Shown: positions 1 to 14,700 of the stretch, piece after piece
Layout of the letters: each line of letters begins with the position of its first letter
Numbering within the stretch: the first letter of the stretch is position 1
Assembly (NCBI GenBank): GCA_964016885.1
Contig: OZ024741.1
Location: 25,358,001-25,422,000, forward strand
DNA: 64,000 nucleotides
Reading direction: 5' to 3'
Origin: Eledone cirrhosa
Taxonomy: Eukaryota
Notes under the pieces: model-generated
The model's database searches: none
Seen by the model: the letters and a program-made list of their open reading frames with translations, nothing else
What the model was told of the DNA's origin: nothing
Position numbers and translations under genes: made by a program

Positions 1-1176
1 ATCTAAAAAGGAAAATTGGGCACAAGTGCCCTCTGGGAAATGGCCATGCTCAGTGTGAAGGAAAGGAGTAGGTAGAAATTCCATTCTATGCCCCAAATGC
101 AAACTGTGGGTACATAAAAGATGTGGTGGGATCACAGGCAGGCTATCTAAGAATGTAGATTCTATATGTGGCAGATGCTCAGGTGCAGTAAGTAGCAAGT
201 GCCCACATAATACTAGCTCCTTCTACTGCCCAGATGGTTCTATAGAAATAGTGGACACTTCCCGTTACCTGGGTGACAAAATCAGCAGTGGAGGAGGGTA
301 CTCTGAAAGTACAGTAGCCAGAGTTAGAACGAGATGGAAAAAGTTCAGAGCTAATACCTCTGTTGGCCACAAAACGTTTCTCTCTAAAAATGAAAGGCAG
401 ATTGTATGATGCTTGTATACGAACAACAATGTTACAACGCAGTGAGACATGGGCATTATGTGCAGAGGACCTGCGCAGATTGGAAAGGAACAAAGTTTGC
501 ATGCTCCGTTGGATGTGTAATAGGAATATACACAAACGGCAAAACATAAACGATCAAAGTGAGAAATTAGGAATAAGAGGGATCAGATGCAGTTTACTTG
601 AGAAGAGATTATGTTGGTATAGTCACATGATGCGAATGAAGGACGACAGCTGTATAAAAAAGTGCAGGCCGATCAAAATTGATGGAAGCTACATAGTAGG
701 TAGACCCAGAAAAACCTCGGACATGATAAAAACTGACTATTCACACTTATATAAGAAAATGTCACTGGATCGAGACCTGAGGCACAATTCAGTAATACAG
801 AAGACCTGCATTCCCTTACATACAAACTTAAACTACAGTCAGTAGGCACCTCTTAACCAAATATACACCACACCCCAACTCCATCCTCCCACTTCTACTA
901 ACACCACCCTTTCTCTGTAAAGTTATGTTGGTGCCACAGAACATCCAGTCCACACTGTAAAGTGGTTGTGTAGGAGACACAGTAAAAAGGCTACCAATCC
1001 ACACTGTAGATATGGTTGGTGTTAGGAAGGGCATCCAGCCATAGAAAATCTGCCAGAAACAGTTCTATACGAGCGAGACACGGTCACCCGACCAATCTTG
1101 CCTCAAGTGGGACAATCCCGTCTAACCCAAGCTAGCAAGGAGATAGATGTTAAATGACAATGATGATGATGATGAT
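1..1176 (+). mobile_element. Degenerate 3' portion of a related RTE LINE
   Basis: Encodes PSGKWPCSV*RKGVGRNSILCPKCK and ORF 363-845, homologous to the intact ORF C-terminus but with stops/frameshifts. The 3' UTR resembles the reverse complement of 29054-29330 and ends in (TGA)n. Confidence 0.9.
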
Positions 1177-1189
1177 ATATATATATATA

Positions 1190-1275
1190 CTGCCAATCAT
1201 TATGGTCCTTTGTCATCTTCATCACGAGGTTCAGCTTTTTGAGATCAGTTTTCACCACTTCATCCCATATCTTCC
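1190..1275 (-). mobile_element. Short RTE 3'-end relic
   Basis: WKIWDEVVKTDLKKLNL resembles the RTE C-terminal KMTWDEVIKADL. Confidence 0.6.
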
Positions 1276-1771
1276 ACAGTTCCATTTACTACAAGAACTC
1301 AACTCTTCTTTTTACAACTGACATCTTCCATGCAGCACATCACATATCCAAACCTGTGAAGCTGTCTTCTATATTACAACTGATTCCTCTTATACATAAT
1401 CCTCCTCTCAACTCAACAATACTCCATCATTCATGCAGACTAACATTATACATACATCCAGCAGAGCATGCTTGCCTCATTTCTTTCCTGCTACCCCACA
1501 CTATCTACATTCTAGGTCCAAGTCTCCCCACCATGCAGCAATGCAGTTCATAAACAAGCAACATTTTAAGAAAAAAAAACCTTATGTTTCCAGTGCTTTA
1601 AATGTTTCCCAACCCCATTCTTAACCGGGTTACTATGTTTTCGGTACATCCTCCTCTACAACTGATGAAATTAACTGAAGATAGGAAAGACTGTTGTGAA
1701 TATCTACAAGTTGGGATTGATATCTACAGAGAGAGAGATTGCAGTTTGAATAGCTTAGTAAGTTGGGATAT

Positions 1772-1794
1772 TGTGTGTGTGTGTGTGTGTGTGT
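1772..1794. repeat. (TG)n microsatellite
   Basis: Direct dinucleotide run. Confidence 0.9.
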
Positions 1795-1924
1795 TGGGGG
1801 CAGAACCAGTAAACTCTGAGTATCTGAACATCTGGGTGACTTGAAGACAAGAAAACATACAATGTTAGAACAAAATGATACAAAATAACAAACAAGGAGA
1901 TAAAACCCCAAAGAGATGTCTTAC

Positions 1925-2053
1925 CTTTTCCTTAGTCTTGCATTAAAGAGTGGTGCTTCATAGCGAGGATTGGTACCAATCAAGAGAACAAGGTCTGATT
2001 CCTCAACTCCTGCAATAGTTGTGTTGAGAAGATAGTTTGACCGAATGTCAGTG
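1925..2053 (-). CDS. NDUFS1: NDUFS1 internal exon (129 bp): [42 protein letters not shown]
   Basis: Manual translation. GG from exon 46155 plus C forms the Gly codon, giving GAG-TDIRSNY directly. Acceptor ttctttttctAG|C, donor AG|GTaaga. Confidence 0.95.
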
Positions 2054-2111
2054 CTAGAAAAAGAAGCAATAAAGCAAGAATCAATTCATTAATTACATTA
2101 ACAGACAAGCT

Positions 2112-2380
2112 CATCATCATCAACATATCATCATTATTAATATTTTCATTATCATCATCATCATCATCAATAACATTTTTTTAATTCTTTCATGAGTTGG
2201 ATGGGTCACAACCAGGACCACCTCCCTCCTCTTATTGTGTCCCTTCAACACAACTGTGAGATTCAGTATTTTGAGATCAGCTCTCACTACTTCTAACCAG
2301 GTTTTCCTTGGTCTTCCTCTACTGCACCTTCCTTCCACTAACATCTCTCAGCCCTTCTTCACCCAACAATCATCATCCAA
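2112..2380 (-). mobile_element. RTE 3'-end relic with (GAT)n tail
   Basis: VEGRCSRGRPRKTWLEVVRADL motif followed by ATC microsatellite tracts. Confidence 0.75.
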
Positions 2381-2780
2381 AAGCATCACGTTTGTTAGAC
2401 ATATTCATCATCATATAAAACAGACATTAAATGATAATGATGATGATGAGGGTGGTGGGAATAATGTCCAACAACACAGTTCTTTAGTTATTAATTATTA
2501 CCAATTTTATATTTTTCATTCATCTGTGCCAAGCATAAGCCACATAGGATGTGGCTCATCATAAGGTGGGCCGCACTGCTATAAAATTCAAGGTAATTCA
2601 GAGATTAGGTGTGCCATTCAGAAAGCCAAACAGGCTGCAGTTTTCCCATAACTGGTCAATGTTAATGTGTGTTGTTTGTTAAAGAATGTGAAGTAACTCT
2701 TGTCCCCCTTCCTAACTAGGACACCAGTTTTTCTCTCAGATCATATTCCAAGCTCATCTGACATCTACTCATCATAATTA

Positions 2781-5700
2781 AATCAATTGAAACAGTATAT
2801 ACAGTTCAATATCAACTGAGACAGTATATAGAGTTCAATGATATCAACTGAGACAGTATATACAGTTCAATGATATCAACTGAGACACTATATAGAGTTC
2901 AATGATATCAACTGAGACAATATATAGAGATCAATGATATCAACGGAGACAGTATATAGAGTTCAATGATATCAACTGAGACAGTATATAGAGTTCAATG
3001 ATATCAACTGAGACAATATATAGAGTTCAATATCAACTGAGACAATATATACAGTTCAATGATATCAACTGAGACAGTATATAGAGTTCAATGATATCAA
3101 CTGAGACAGTATATAGAGTTCAATGATATCAACTGAGACAGTATATAGAGTTCAATATCAACTAAGACAGTATATAGAGTTCAATGATATCAACTGAGAC
3201 AGTATATAGAGTTCAATGATATCAACTGAGACAATATATAGAGTTCAATGATATAAACTGAGACAGTATATAGAGTTCAAACGAAATCAACTGAGACAAT
3301 ATATAGAGTTCAATGATATCAACTGAGACAATATATAGAGTTCAATGATATCAACTGAGACAGTATATACAGTTCAATGATATCAACTGAGACAGTATAT
3401 ACAGTTCAATGATATCAACTTAGACAGTATATACAGTTCAATGATATCAACTGAGACAGTATATAGAGTTCAATGATATCAACTGAGACAGTATATAGAG
3501 TTCAATGATATCAACTGACAGTATATACAGTTCAATGATATCAACTGAAACAGTGTATAGAGTTCAATGATATCAACTCAGACAGTATATAGAGTTCAAT
3601 GATATCAACTGAGACAGTATATACAGTTCAATGATATCAACTGAGACAATATATAGAGTTCAATGATATCAACTGAGACAGTATATAGAGTTCAATGATA
3701 TCAACTGAGACAGTATATAGAGTTCAATGATATCAACTGAGACAATATATAGAGTTTAATATCAACGGAGACAATATATACAGTTCAATGATATCAACTG
3801 AGACAGTATATAGAGTTCAATGATATCAAGTGAGACAGTATATACAGTTCAATGATATCAACTGAAACAGTATATAGAGTTCAATGATATCAACTGAGAC
3901 AGTATATAGAGTTCAATGATATCAACTGAGACAATATATAGAGTTCAATATCAACTGAGACAATATATACAGTTCAATGATATCAACTGAGAGAGTATAT
4001 GGAGTTCAATGATATCAACTGAGACAATATATAGAGTTCAATGATATCAACTGAGACAGTATATACAGTTCAATGACATCAACTGAGACAGTATATAGAG
4101 TTCAATGATATCAACTGAGACGGTATATACAGTTCAATGATATCAACTGAGACAGTATATAGAGTTCAATGATATCAACTGAGACAGTATATACAGTTCA
4201 ATGATATCAACTGAGACAGTATATAGAGTTCAATGATAGCAACTGAGGCAGTATATAGAGTTCAATGATATCAACTGAGACAATATATACAGTTCAATGA
4301 TATCAACTGAGACAGTATATAGAGTTCAATGATATCAACTGAGACAATATATAGAGTTCAATGATATCAACTGAGGCAGTATATAGAGTTCAATGATATA
4401 AATTGAGACAATATATAGAGTTCAATGATATCAACTGAGACAGTATATACAGTTCAATGATATCAACTGAGACAGTATATAGAGTTCAATATCAACTGAG
4501 ACAGTATATACAGTTCAATGATATCAACTGAGACAGTATATAGAGTTCAATGAAATCAACTGAGATAATATATAGAGTTCAATGATATCAACTGAGACAA
4601 TATATAGAGTTCAATGATATCAACTGAGACAGTATATACAGTTCAATGATATCAACTGAGACAGTATATAGAGTTCAATGATATCAACTGAGACAGTATA
4701 TACAGTTCAATGATATCAACTGAGACAGTATATACAGTTCAATGATATCAACTGAGACAGTATATAGAGTTCAATGATATCAACTGAGACAGTATATACA
4801 GTTCAATGATATCAACTGAGACAGTATATAGAGTTCAATATTATCAACTGAGACAATATATACAGTTCAATGATATCAACTGAGACAGTATATAGAGTTC
4901 AATGATATCAACTGAGACAGTATATACAGTTCAATGATATCAACTGAGACAGTATATACAGTTCAATGATATCAACTGAGACAATATATAGAGTTCAATG
5001 ATATCAACTGAGGCAGTATATACAGTTCAATGATATCAACTGAGACGATATATAGAGTTCAATGATATCAACTGAGATAGTATATACAGTTCAATGATAT
5101 CAACTGAGACAATATATAGAGTTCAATGATATCAACTGAGACAGTATATACAGTTCAATGATATCAACTGAGACAGTATATAGAGTTCAATGATATCAAC
5201 TGAGACAATATATAGAGTTCAATGATATCAACTGAGACAATATATAGAGTTCAATGATATCAACTGAGACAATATATAGAGTTCAATGATATCAACTGAG
5301 ACAGTATATACAGTTCAATGATATCAACTGAGACAATATATAGTTCAATGATATCGATTGAGACAGTATATACAGTTGAATGATATCAACTGAGACAGTA
5401 TATACAGTTCAATGATATCAACTGAGACAGTATATAGAGTTCAATGATATCAACTGAGACAGTAAATAGAGTTCAATGATATCAACTGAGACAGTATATA
5501 GAGTTCAATGATATCAACTGAGACAGTATATACAGTTCAATGATATCAACTGAAACAGTATATAGAGTTTAATGATATCAACTGAGACAGTATATAGAGT
5601 TCAATGATATCAACTGAGACAGTATATACAGTTCAATGATATCAACTGAGACAATATATAGAGTTCAATATCAACTGAGACAATATATAGAGTTCAATGA

Positions 5701-8700
5701 TATCAACTGAGACAGTATATACAGTTCAATGATATCATCTGAAACAATATATAGAGTTCAATGATATCAACTGAGACAGTATATACGGTTCAATGATATC
5801 AACTGAGACAGTATATACAGTTCAATGATATCAACTGAGACAGTATATAGAGTTCAATGATATCAACTGAGACAATATATACAGTTCAATGATATCAACT
5901 GAGACAGTATATAGAGTTCAATGATATCAACTGAAACAGTATATACAGTTCAATGATATCAACTGAGACAGTATATACAGTTCAATGATATCAACTGAGA
6001 CAATATATAGAGTTCAATGATATCAACTGAGGCAGTATATAGAGTTCAATGATATCAACTGAGACAATATATAGAGTTCAATGATATCAACTGAGACAAT
6101 ATATAGAGTTCAATGATATCAACTGAGATAGTATATACAGTTCAATGATATCAACTGAGACAATATATACAGTTCAATGATATCAACTGAGACAGTATAT
6201 AGAGTTCAATGATATCAACTGAGACAATATATAGAGTTCAATGATATCAACTGAGACAATATATAGAGTTCAATGATATCAACTGAGACAATATATAGAG
6301 TTCAATGATATCAACTGAGACAGTATATACAGTTCAATGATATCATCTGAAACAGTATATAGAGTTCAATGATATCAATTGAGACAGTATATACGGTTCA
6401 ATGATATCAACTGAGACAGTATATACAGTTCAATGATATCAACTGAGACAGTATATAGAGTTCAATGATATCAACTGAGACAGTATATAGAGTTCAATGA
6501 TATCAACTGAGACAATATATAGAGTTCAATGATATCAACTGAGACAATATATAGAGTTCAATGATATCAACTGAGACAGTATATAGAGTTCAATAATATC
6601 AACTGAGACAATATATAGAGTTCAATGATATCAACTGAGACAATATATAGAGTTCAATGATATCAACTGAGACAGTATATAGAGTTCAATGATATCAACT
6701 GAGACAATATATAGAGTTCAATATCAATTAAGACAGTATATAGAGTTCAATAATATCAACTGAGACAGTATGTACAGTTCAATGATATCAACTGAGACAG
6801 TATATAGAGTTCAATGATATCAACTGAGACAATATATAGAGTTCAATGATATAAACTGAGACAGTATATAGAGTTCAAACGAAATCAACTGAGACAATAT
6901 ATAGAGTTCAATGATATCAACTGAGACAATATATAGAGTTCAATGATATCAACTGAGACAGTATATACAGTTCAATGATATCAACTGAGACAGTATATAC
7001 AGTTCAATGATATCAACTGAGACAGTATATACAGTTCAATGATATCAACTGAGACAGTATATAGAGTTCAATGATATCAACTGAGACAGTATATACGGTT
7101 CAATGATATCAACTGAGACAGTATATACAGTTCAATGATATCAACTGAGACAGTATATAGAGTTCAATGATATCAACTGAGACAATATATACAGTTCAAT
7201 GATATCAACTGAGACAGTATATAGAGTTCAATATCAACTAAGACAGTATATAGAGTTCAATGATATCAACTGAGACAGTATATAGAGTTCAATGATATCA
7301 ACTGAGACAATATATAGAGTTCAATGATATAAACTGAGACAGTATATAGAGTTCAAACGAAATCAACTGAGACAATATATAGAGTTCAATGATATCAACT
7401 GAGACAATATATAGAGTTCAATGATATCAACTGAGACAGTATATACAGTTCAATGATATCAACTGAGACAGTATATAGAGTTCAATGATATCAACTGAGA
7501 CAGTATATAGAGTTCAATGATATCAACTGACAGTATATACAGTTCAATGATATCAACTGAAACAGTGTATAGAGTTCAATGATATCAACTCAGACAGTAT
7601 ATAGAGTTCAATGATATCAACTGAGACAGTATATACAGTTCAATGATATCAACTGAGACAATATATAGAGTTCAATGATATCAACTGAGACAGTATATAG
7701 AGTTCAATGATATCAACTGAGACAGTATATAGAGTTCAATGATATCAACTGAGACAATATATAGAGTTTAATATCAACGGAGACAATATATACAGTTCAA
7801 TGATATCAACTGAGACAGTATATAGAGTTCAATGATATCAAGTGAGACAGTATATACAGTTCAATGATATCAACTGAAACAGTATATAGAGTTCAATGAT
7901 ATCAACTGAGACAGTATATAGAGTTCAATGATATCAACTGAGACAATATATAGAGTTCAATATCAACTGAGACAATATATACAGTTCAATGATATCAACT
8001 GAGAGAGTATATGGAGTTCAATGATATCAACTGAGACAGTATATAGAGTTCAATGATATCAACTGAGACAGTATATACAGTTCAATGATATCAACTGAGA
8101 CAGTATATAGAGTTCAATGATAGCAACTGAGGCAGTATATAGAGTTCAATGATATCAACTGAGACAATATATACAGTTCAATGATATCAACTGAGACAGT
8201 ATATAGAGTTCAATGATATCAACTGAGACAATATATAGAGTTCAATGATATCAACTGAGACAGTATATAGAGTTCAATGATATCAACTGAGACAGTATAT
8301 AGAGTTCAATGATATCAACTGAGACAATATATAGAGTTTAATATCAACGGAGACAATATATACAGTTCAATGATATCAACTGAGACAGTATATAGAGTTC
8401 AATGATATCAAGTGAGACAGTATATACAGTTCAATGATATCAACTGAAACAGTATATAGAGTTCAATGATATCAACTGAGACAGTATATAGAGTTCAATG
8501 ATATCAACTGAGACAATATATAGAGTTCAATATCAACTGAGACAATATATACAGTTCAATGATATCAACTGAGAGAGTATATGGAGTTCAATGATATCAA
8601 CTGAGACAGTATATAGAGTTCAATGATATCAACTGAGACAGTATATACAGTTCAATGATATCAACTGAGACAGTATATAGAGTTCAATGATAGCAACTGA

Positions 8701-11700
8701 GGCAGTATATAGAGTTCAATGATATCAACTGAGACAATATATACAGTTCAATGATATCAACTGAGACAGTATATAGAGTTCAATGATATCAACTGAGACA
8801 ATATATAGAGTTCAATGATATCAACTGAGGCAGTATATAGAGTTCAATGATATAAATTGAGACAATATATAGAGTTCAATGATATCAACTGAGACAGTAT
8901 ATACAGTTCAATGATATCAACTGAGACAGTATATAGAGTTCAATATCAACTGAGACAGTATATACAGTTGAATGATATCAACTGAGACAGTATATAGAGT
9001 TCAATGAAATCAACTGAGATAATATATAGAGTTCAATGATATCAACTGAGACAATATATAGAGTTCAATGATATCAACTGAGACAGTATATACAGTTCAA
9101 TGATATCAACTGAGACAGTATATAGAGTTCAATGATATCAACTGAGACAGTATATACAGTTCAATGATATCAACTGAGACAGTATATACAGTTCAATGAT
9201 ATCAACTGAGACAGTATATAGAGTTCAATGATATCAACTGAGACAGTATATACAGTTCAATGATATCAACTGAGACAGTATATAGAGTTCAATATTATCA
9301 ACTGAGACAATATAAACAGTTCAATGATATCAACTGAGACAGTATATAGAGTTCAATGATATCAACTGAGACAGTATATACAGTTCAATGATATCAACTG
9401 AGACAGTATATACAGTTCAATGATATCAACTGAGACAATATATAGAGTTCAATGATATCAACTGAGGCAGTATATACAGTTCAATGATATCAACTGAGAC
9501 GATATATAGAGTTCAATGATATCAACTGAGATAGTATATACAGTTCAATGATATCAACTGAGACAATATATAGAGTTCAATGATATCAACTGAGACAGTA
9601 TATACAGTTCAATGATATCAACTGAGACAGTATATAGAGTTCAATGATATCAACTGGGACAATATATAGAGTTCAATGATATCAACTGAGACAATATATA
9701 GAGTTCAATGATATCAACTGAGACAATATATAGAGTTCAATGATATCAACTGAGACAGTATATACAGTTCAATGATATCAACTGAGACAATATATAGTTC
9801 AATGATATCGATTGAGACAGTATATACAGTTGAATGATATCAACTGAGACAGTATATACAGTTCAATGATATCAACTGAGACAGTATATAGAGTTCAATG
9901 ATATCAACTGAGACAGTAAATAGAGTTCAATGATATCAACTGAGACAGTATATAGAGTTCAATGATATCAACTGAGACAGTATATACAGTTCAATGATAT
10001 CAACTGAAACAGTATATAGAGTTTAATGATATCAACTGAGACAGTATATAGAGTTCAATGATATCAACTGAGACAGTATATACAGTTCAATGATATCAAC
10101 TGAGACAATATATAGAGTTCAATATCAACTGAGACAATATATAGAGTTCAATGATATCAACTGAGACAGTATATACAGTTCAATGATATCATCTGAAACA
10201 ATATATAGAGTTCAATGATATCAACTGAGACAGTATATACGGTTCAATGATATCAACTGAGACAGTATATACAGTTCAATGATATCAACTGAGACAGTAT
10301 ATAGAGTTCAATGATATCAACTGAGACAATATATACAGTTCAATGATATCAACTGAGACAGTATATAGAGTTCAATGATATCAACTGAGACAGTATATAC
10401 AGTTCAATGATATCAACTGAGACAGTATATACAGTTCAATGATATCAACTGAGACAATATATAGAGTTCAATGATATCAACTGAGGCAGTATATAGAGTT
10501 CAATGATATCAACTGAGACAATATATAGAGTTCAATGATATCAACTGAGACAATATATAGAGTTCAATGATATCAACTGAGATAGTATATACAGTTCAAT
10601 GATATCAACTGAGACAATATATACAGTTCAATGATATCAACTGAGACAGTATATAGAGTTCAATGATATCAACTGAGACAATATATAGAGTTCAATGATA
10701 TCAACTGAGACAATATATAGAGTTCAATGATATCAACTGAGACAATATATAGAGTTCAATGATATCAACTGAGACAGTATATACAGTTCAATGATATCAT
10801 CTGAAACAGTATATAGAGTTCAATGATATCAATTGAGACAGTATATACGGTTCAATGATATCAACTGAGACAGTATATACAGTTCAATGATATCAACTGA
10901 GACAGTATATAGAGTTCAATGATATCAACTGAGACAGTATATAGAGTTCAATGATATCAACTGAGACAGTATATAGAGTTCAATGATACCAACTGAGACA
11001 ATATATAGAGTTCAATGATATCAACTGAGACAATATATAGAGTTCAATGATATCAACTGAGACAGTATATAGAGTTCAATAATATCAACTGAGACAATAT
11101 ATAGAGTTCAATGATATCAACTGAGACAATATATAGAGTTCAATTATATCAACTGAGACAGTATATAGAGTTCAATGATATCAACTGAGACAATATATAG
11201 AGTTCAATATCAATTAAGACAGTATATAGAGTTCAATAATATCAACTGAGACAGTATATACAGTTCAATGATATCAACTGAGACAGTATATAGAGTTCAA
11301 TGATATCAACTGAGACAATATATAGAGTTCAATGATATAAACTGAGACAGTATATAGAGTTCAAACGAAATCAACTGAGACAATATATAGAGTTCAATGA
11401 TATCAACTGAGACAATATATAGAGTTCAATGATATCAACTGAGACAGTATATACAGTTCAATGATATCAACTGAGACAGTATATACAGTTCAATGATATC
11501 AACTGAGACAGTATATACAGTTCAATGATATCAACTGAGACAGTATATAGAGTTCAATGATATCAACTGAGACAGTATATACGGTTCAATGATATCAACT
11601 GAGACAGTATATACAGTTCAATGATATCAACTGAGACAGTATATAGAGTTCAATGATATCAACTGAGACAATATATACAGTTCAATGATATCAACTGAGA

Positions 11701-14700
11701 CAGTATATAGAGTTCAATATCAACTAAGACAGTATATAGAGTTCAATGATATCAACTGAGACAGTATATAGAGTTCAATGATATCAACTGAGACAATATA
11801 TAGAGTTCAATGATATAAACTGAGACAGTATATAGAGTTCAAACGAAATCAACTGAGACAATATATAGAGTTCAATGATATCAACTGAGACAATATATAG
11901 AGTTCAATGATATCAACTGAGACAGTATATACAGTTCAATGATATCAACTGAGACAGTATATAGAGTTCAATGATATCAACTGAGACAGTATATAGAGTT
12001 CAATGATATCAACTGACAGTATATACAGTTCAATGATATCAACTGAAACAGTGTATAGAGTTCAATGATATCAACTCAGACAGTATATAGAGTTCAATGA
12101 TATCAACTGAGACAGTATATACAGTTCAATGATATCAACTGAGACAATATATAGAGTTCAATGATATCAACTGAGACAGTATATAGAGTTCAATGATATC
12201 AACTGAGACAGTATATAGAGTTCAATGATATCAACTGAGACAATATATAGAGTTTAATATCAACGGAGACAATATATACAGTTCAATGATATCAACTGAG
12301 ACAGTATATAGAGTTCAATGATATCAAGTGAGACAGTATATACAGTTCAATGATATCAACTGAAACAGTATATAGAGTTCAATGATATCAACTGAGACAG
12401 TATATAGAGTTCAATGATATCAACTGAGACAATATATAGAGTTCAATATCAACTGAGACAATATATACAGTTCAATGATATCAACTGAGAGAGTATATGG
12501 AGTTCAATGATATCAACTGAGACAATATATAGAGTTCAATGATATCAACTGAGACAGTATATACAGTTCAATGACATCAACTGAGACAGTATATAGAGTT
12601 CAATGATATCAACTGAGACGGTATATACAGTTCAATGATATCAACTGAGACAGTATATAGAGTTCAATGATATCAACTGAGACAGTATATACAGTTCAAT
12701 GATATCAACTGAGACAGTATATAGAGTTCAATGATAGCAACTGAGGCAGTATATAGAGTTCAATGATATCAACTGAGACAATATATACAGTTCAATGATA
12801 TCAACTGAGACAGTATATAGAGTTCAATGATATCAACTGAGACAATATATAGAGTTCAATGATATCAACTGAGGCAGTATATAGAGTTCAATGATATAAA
12901 TTGAGACAATATATAGAGTTCAATGATATCAACTGAGACAGTATATACAGTTCAATGATATCAACTGAGACAGTATATAGAGTTCAATATCAACTGAGAC
13001 AGTATATACAGTTGAATGATATCAACTGAGACAGTATATAGAGTTCAATGAAATCAACTGAGATAATATATAGAGTTCAATGATATCAACTGAGACAATA
13101 TATAGAGTTCAATGATATCAACTGAGACAGTATATACAGTTCAATGATATCAACTGAGACAGTATATAGAGTTCAATGATATCAACTGAGACAGTATATA
13201 CAGTTCAATGATATCAACTGAGACAGTATATACAGTTCAATGATATCAACTGAGACAGTATATAGAGTTCAATGATATCAACTGAGACAGTATATACAGT
13301 TCAATGATATCAACTGAGACAGTATATAGAGTTCAATATTATCAACTGAGACAATATAAACAGTTCAATGATATCAACTGAGACAGTATATAGAGTTCAA
13401 TGATATCAACTGAGACAGTATATACAGTTCAATGATATCAACTGAGACAGTATATACAGTTCAATGATATCAACTGAGACAATATATAGAGTTCAATGAT
13501 ATCAACTGAGGCAGTATATACAGTTCAATGATATCAACTGAGACGATATATAGAGTTCAATGATATCAACTGAGATAGTATATACAGTTCAATGATATCA
13601 ACTGAGACAATATATAGAGTTCAATGATATCAACTGAGACAGTATATACAGTTCAATGATATCAACTGAGACAGTATATAGAGTTCAATGATATCAACTG
13701 GGACAATATATAGAGTTCAATGATATCAACTGAGACAATATATAGAGTTCAATGATATCAACTGAGACAATATATAGAGTTCAATGATATCAACTGAGAC
13801 AGTATATACAGTTCAATGATATCAACTGAGACAATATATAGTTCAATGATATCGATTGAGACAGTATATACAGTTGAATGATATCAACTGAGACAGTATA
13901 TACAGTTCAATGATATCAACTGAGACAGTATATAGAGTTCAATGATATCAACTGAGACAGTAAATAGAGTTCAATGATATCAACTGAGACAGTATATAGA
14001 GTTCAATGATATCAACTGAGACAGTATATACAGTTCAATGATATCAACTGAAACAGTATATAGAGTTTAATGATATCAACTGAGACAGTATATAGAGTTC
14101 AATGATATCAACTGAGACAGTATATACAGTTCAATGATATCAACTGAGACAATATATAGAGTTCAATATCAACTGAGACAATATATAGAGTTCAATGATA
14201 TCAACTGAGACAGTATATACAGTTCAATGATATCATCTGAAACAATATATAGAGTTCAATGATATCAACTGAGACAGTATATACGGTTCAATGATATCAA
14301 CTGAGACAGTATATACAGTTCAATGATATCAACTGAGACAGTATATAGAGTTCAATGATATCAACTGAGACAATATATACAGTTCAATGATATCAACTGA
14401 GACAGTATATAGAGTTCAATGATATCAACTGAAACAGTATATACAGTTCAATGATATCAACTGAGACAGTATATACAGTTCAATGATATCAACTGAGACA
14501 ATATATAGAGTTCAATGATATCAACTGAGGCAGTATATAGAGTTCAATGATATCAACTGAGACAATATATAGAGTTCAATGATATCAACTGAGACAATAT
14601 ATAGAGTTCAATGATATCAACTGAGATAGTATATACAGTTCAATGATATCAACTGAGACAATATATACAGTTCAATGATATCAACTGAGACAGTATATAG

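Noticed and set aside
1655-1700. Hammerhead-like CTGATGA...GAAA
   Set aside because: No convincing stem II or III and no NUH cleavage triplet; the satellite CTGAGAC also lacks the CUGANGA core.
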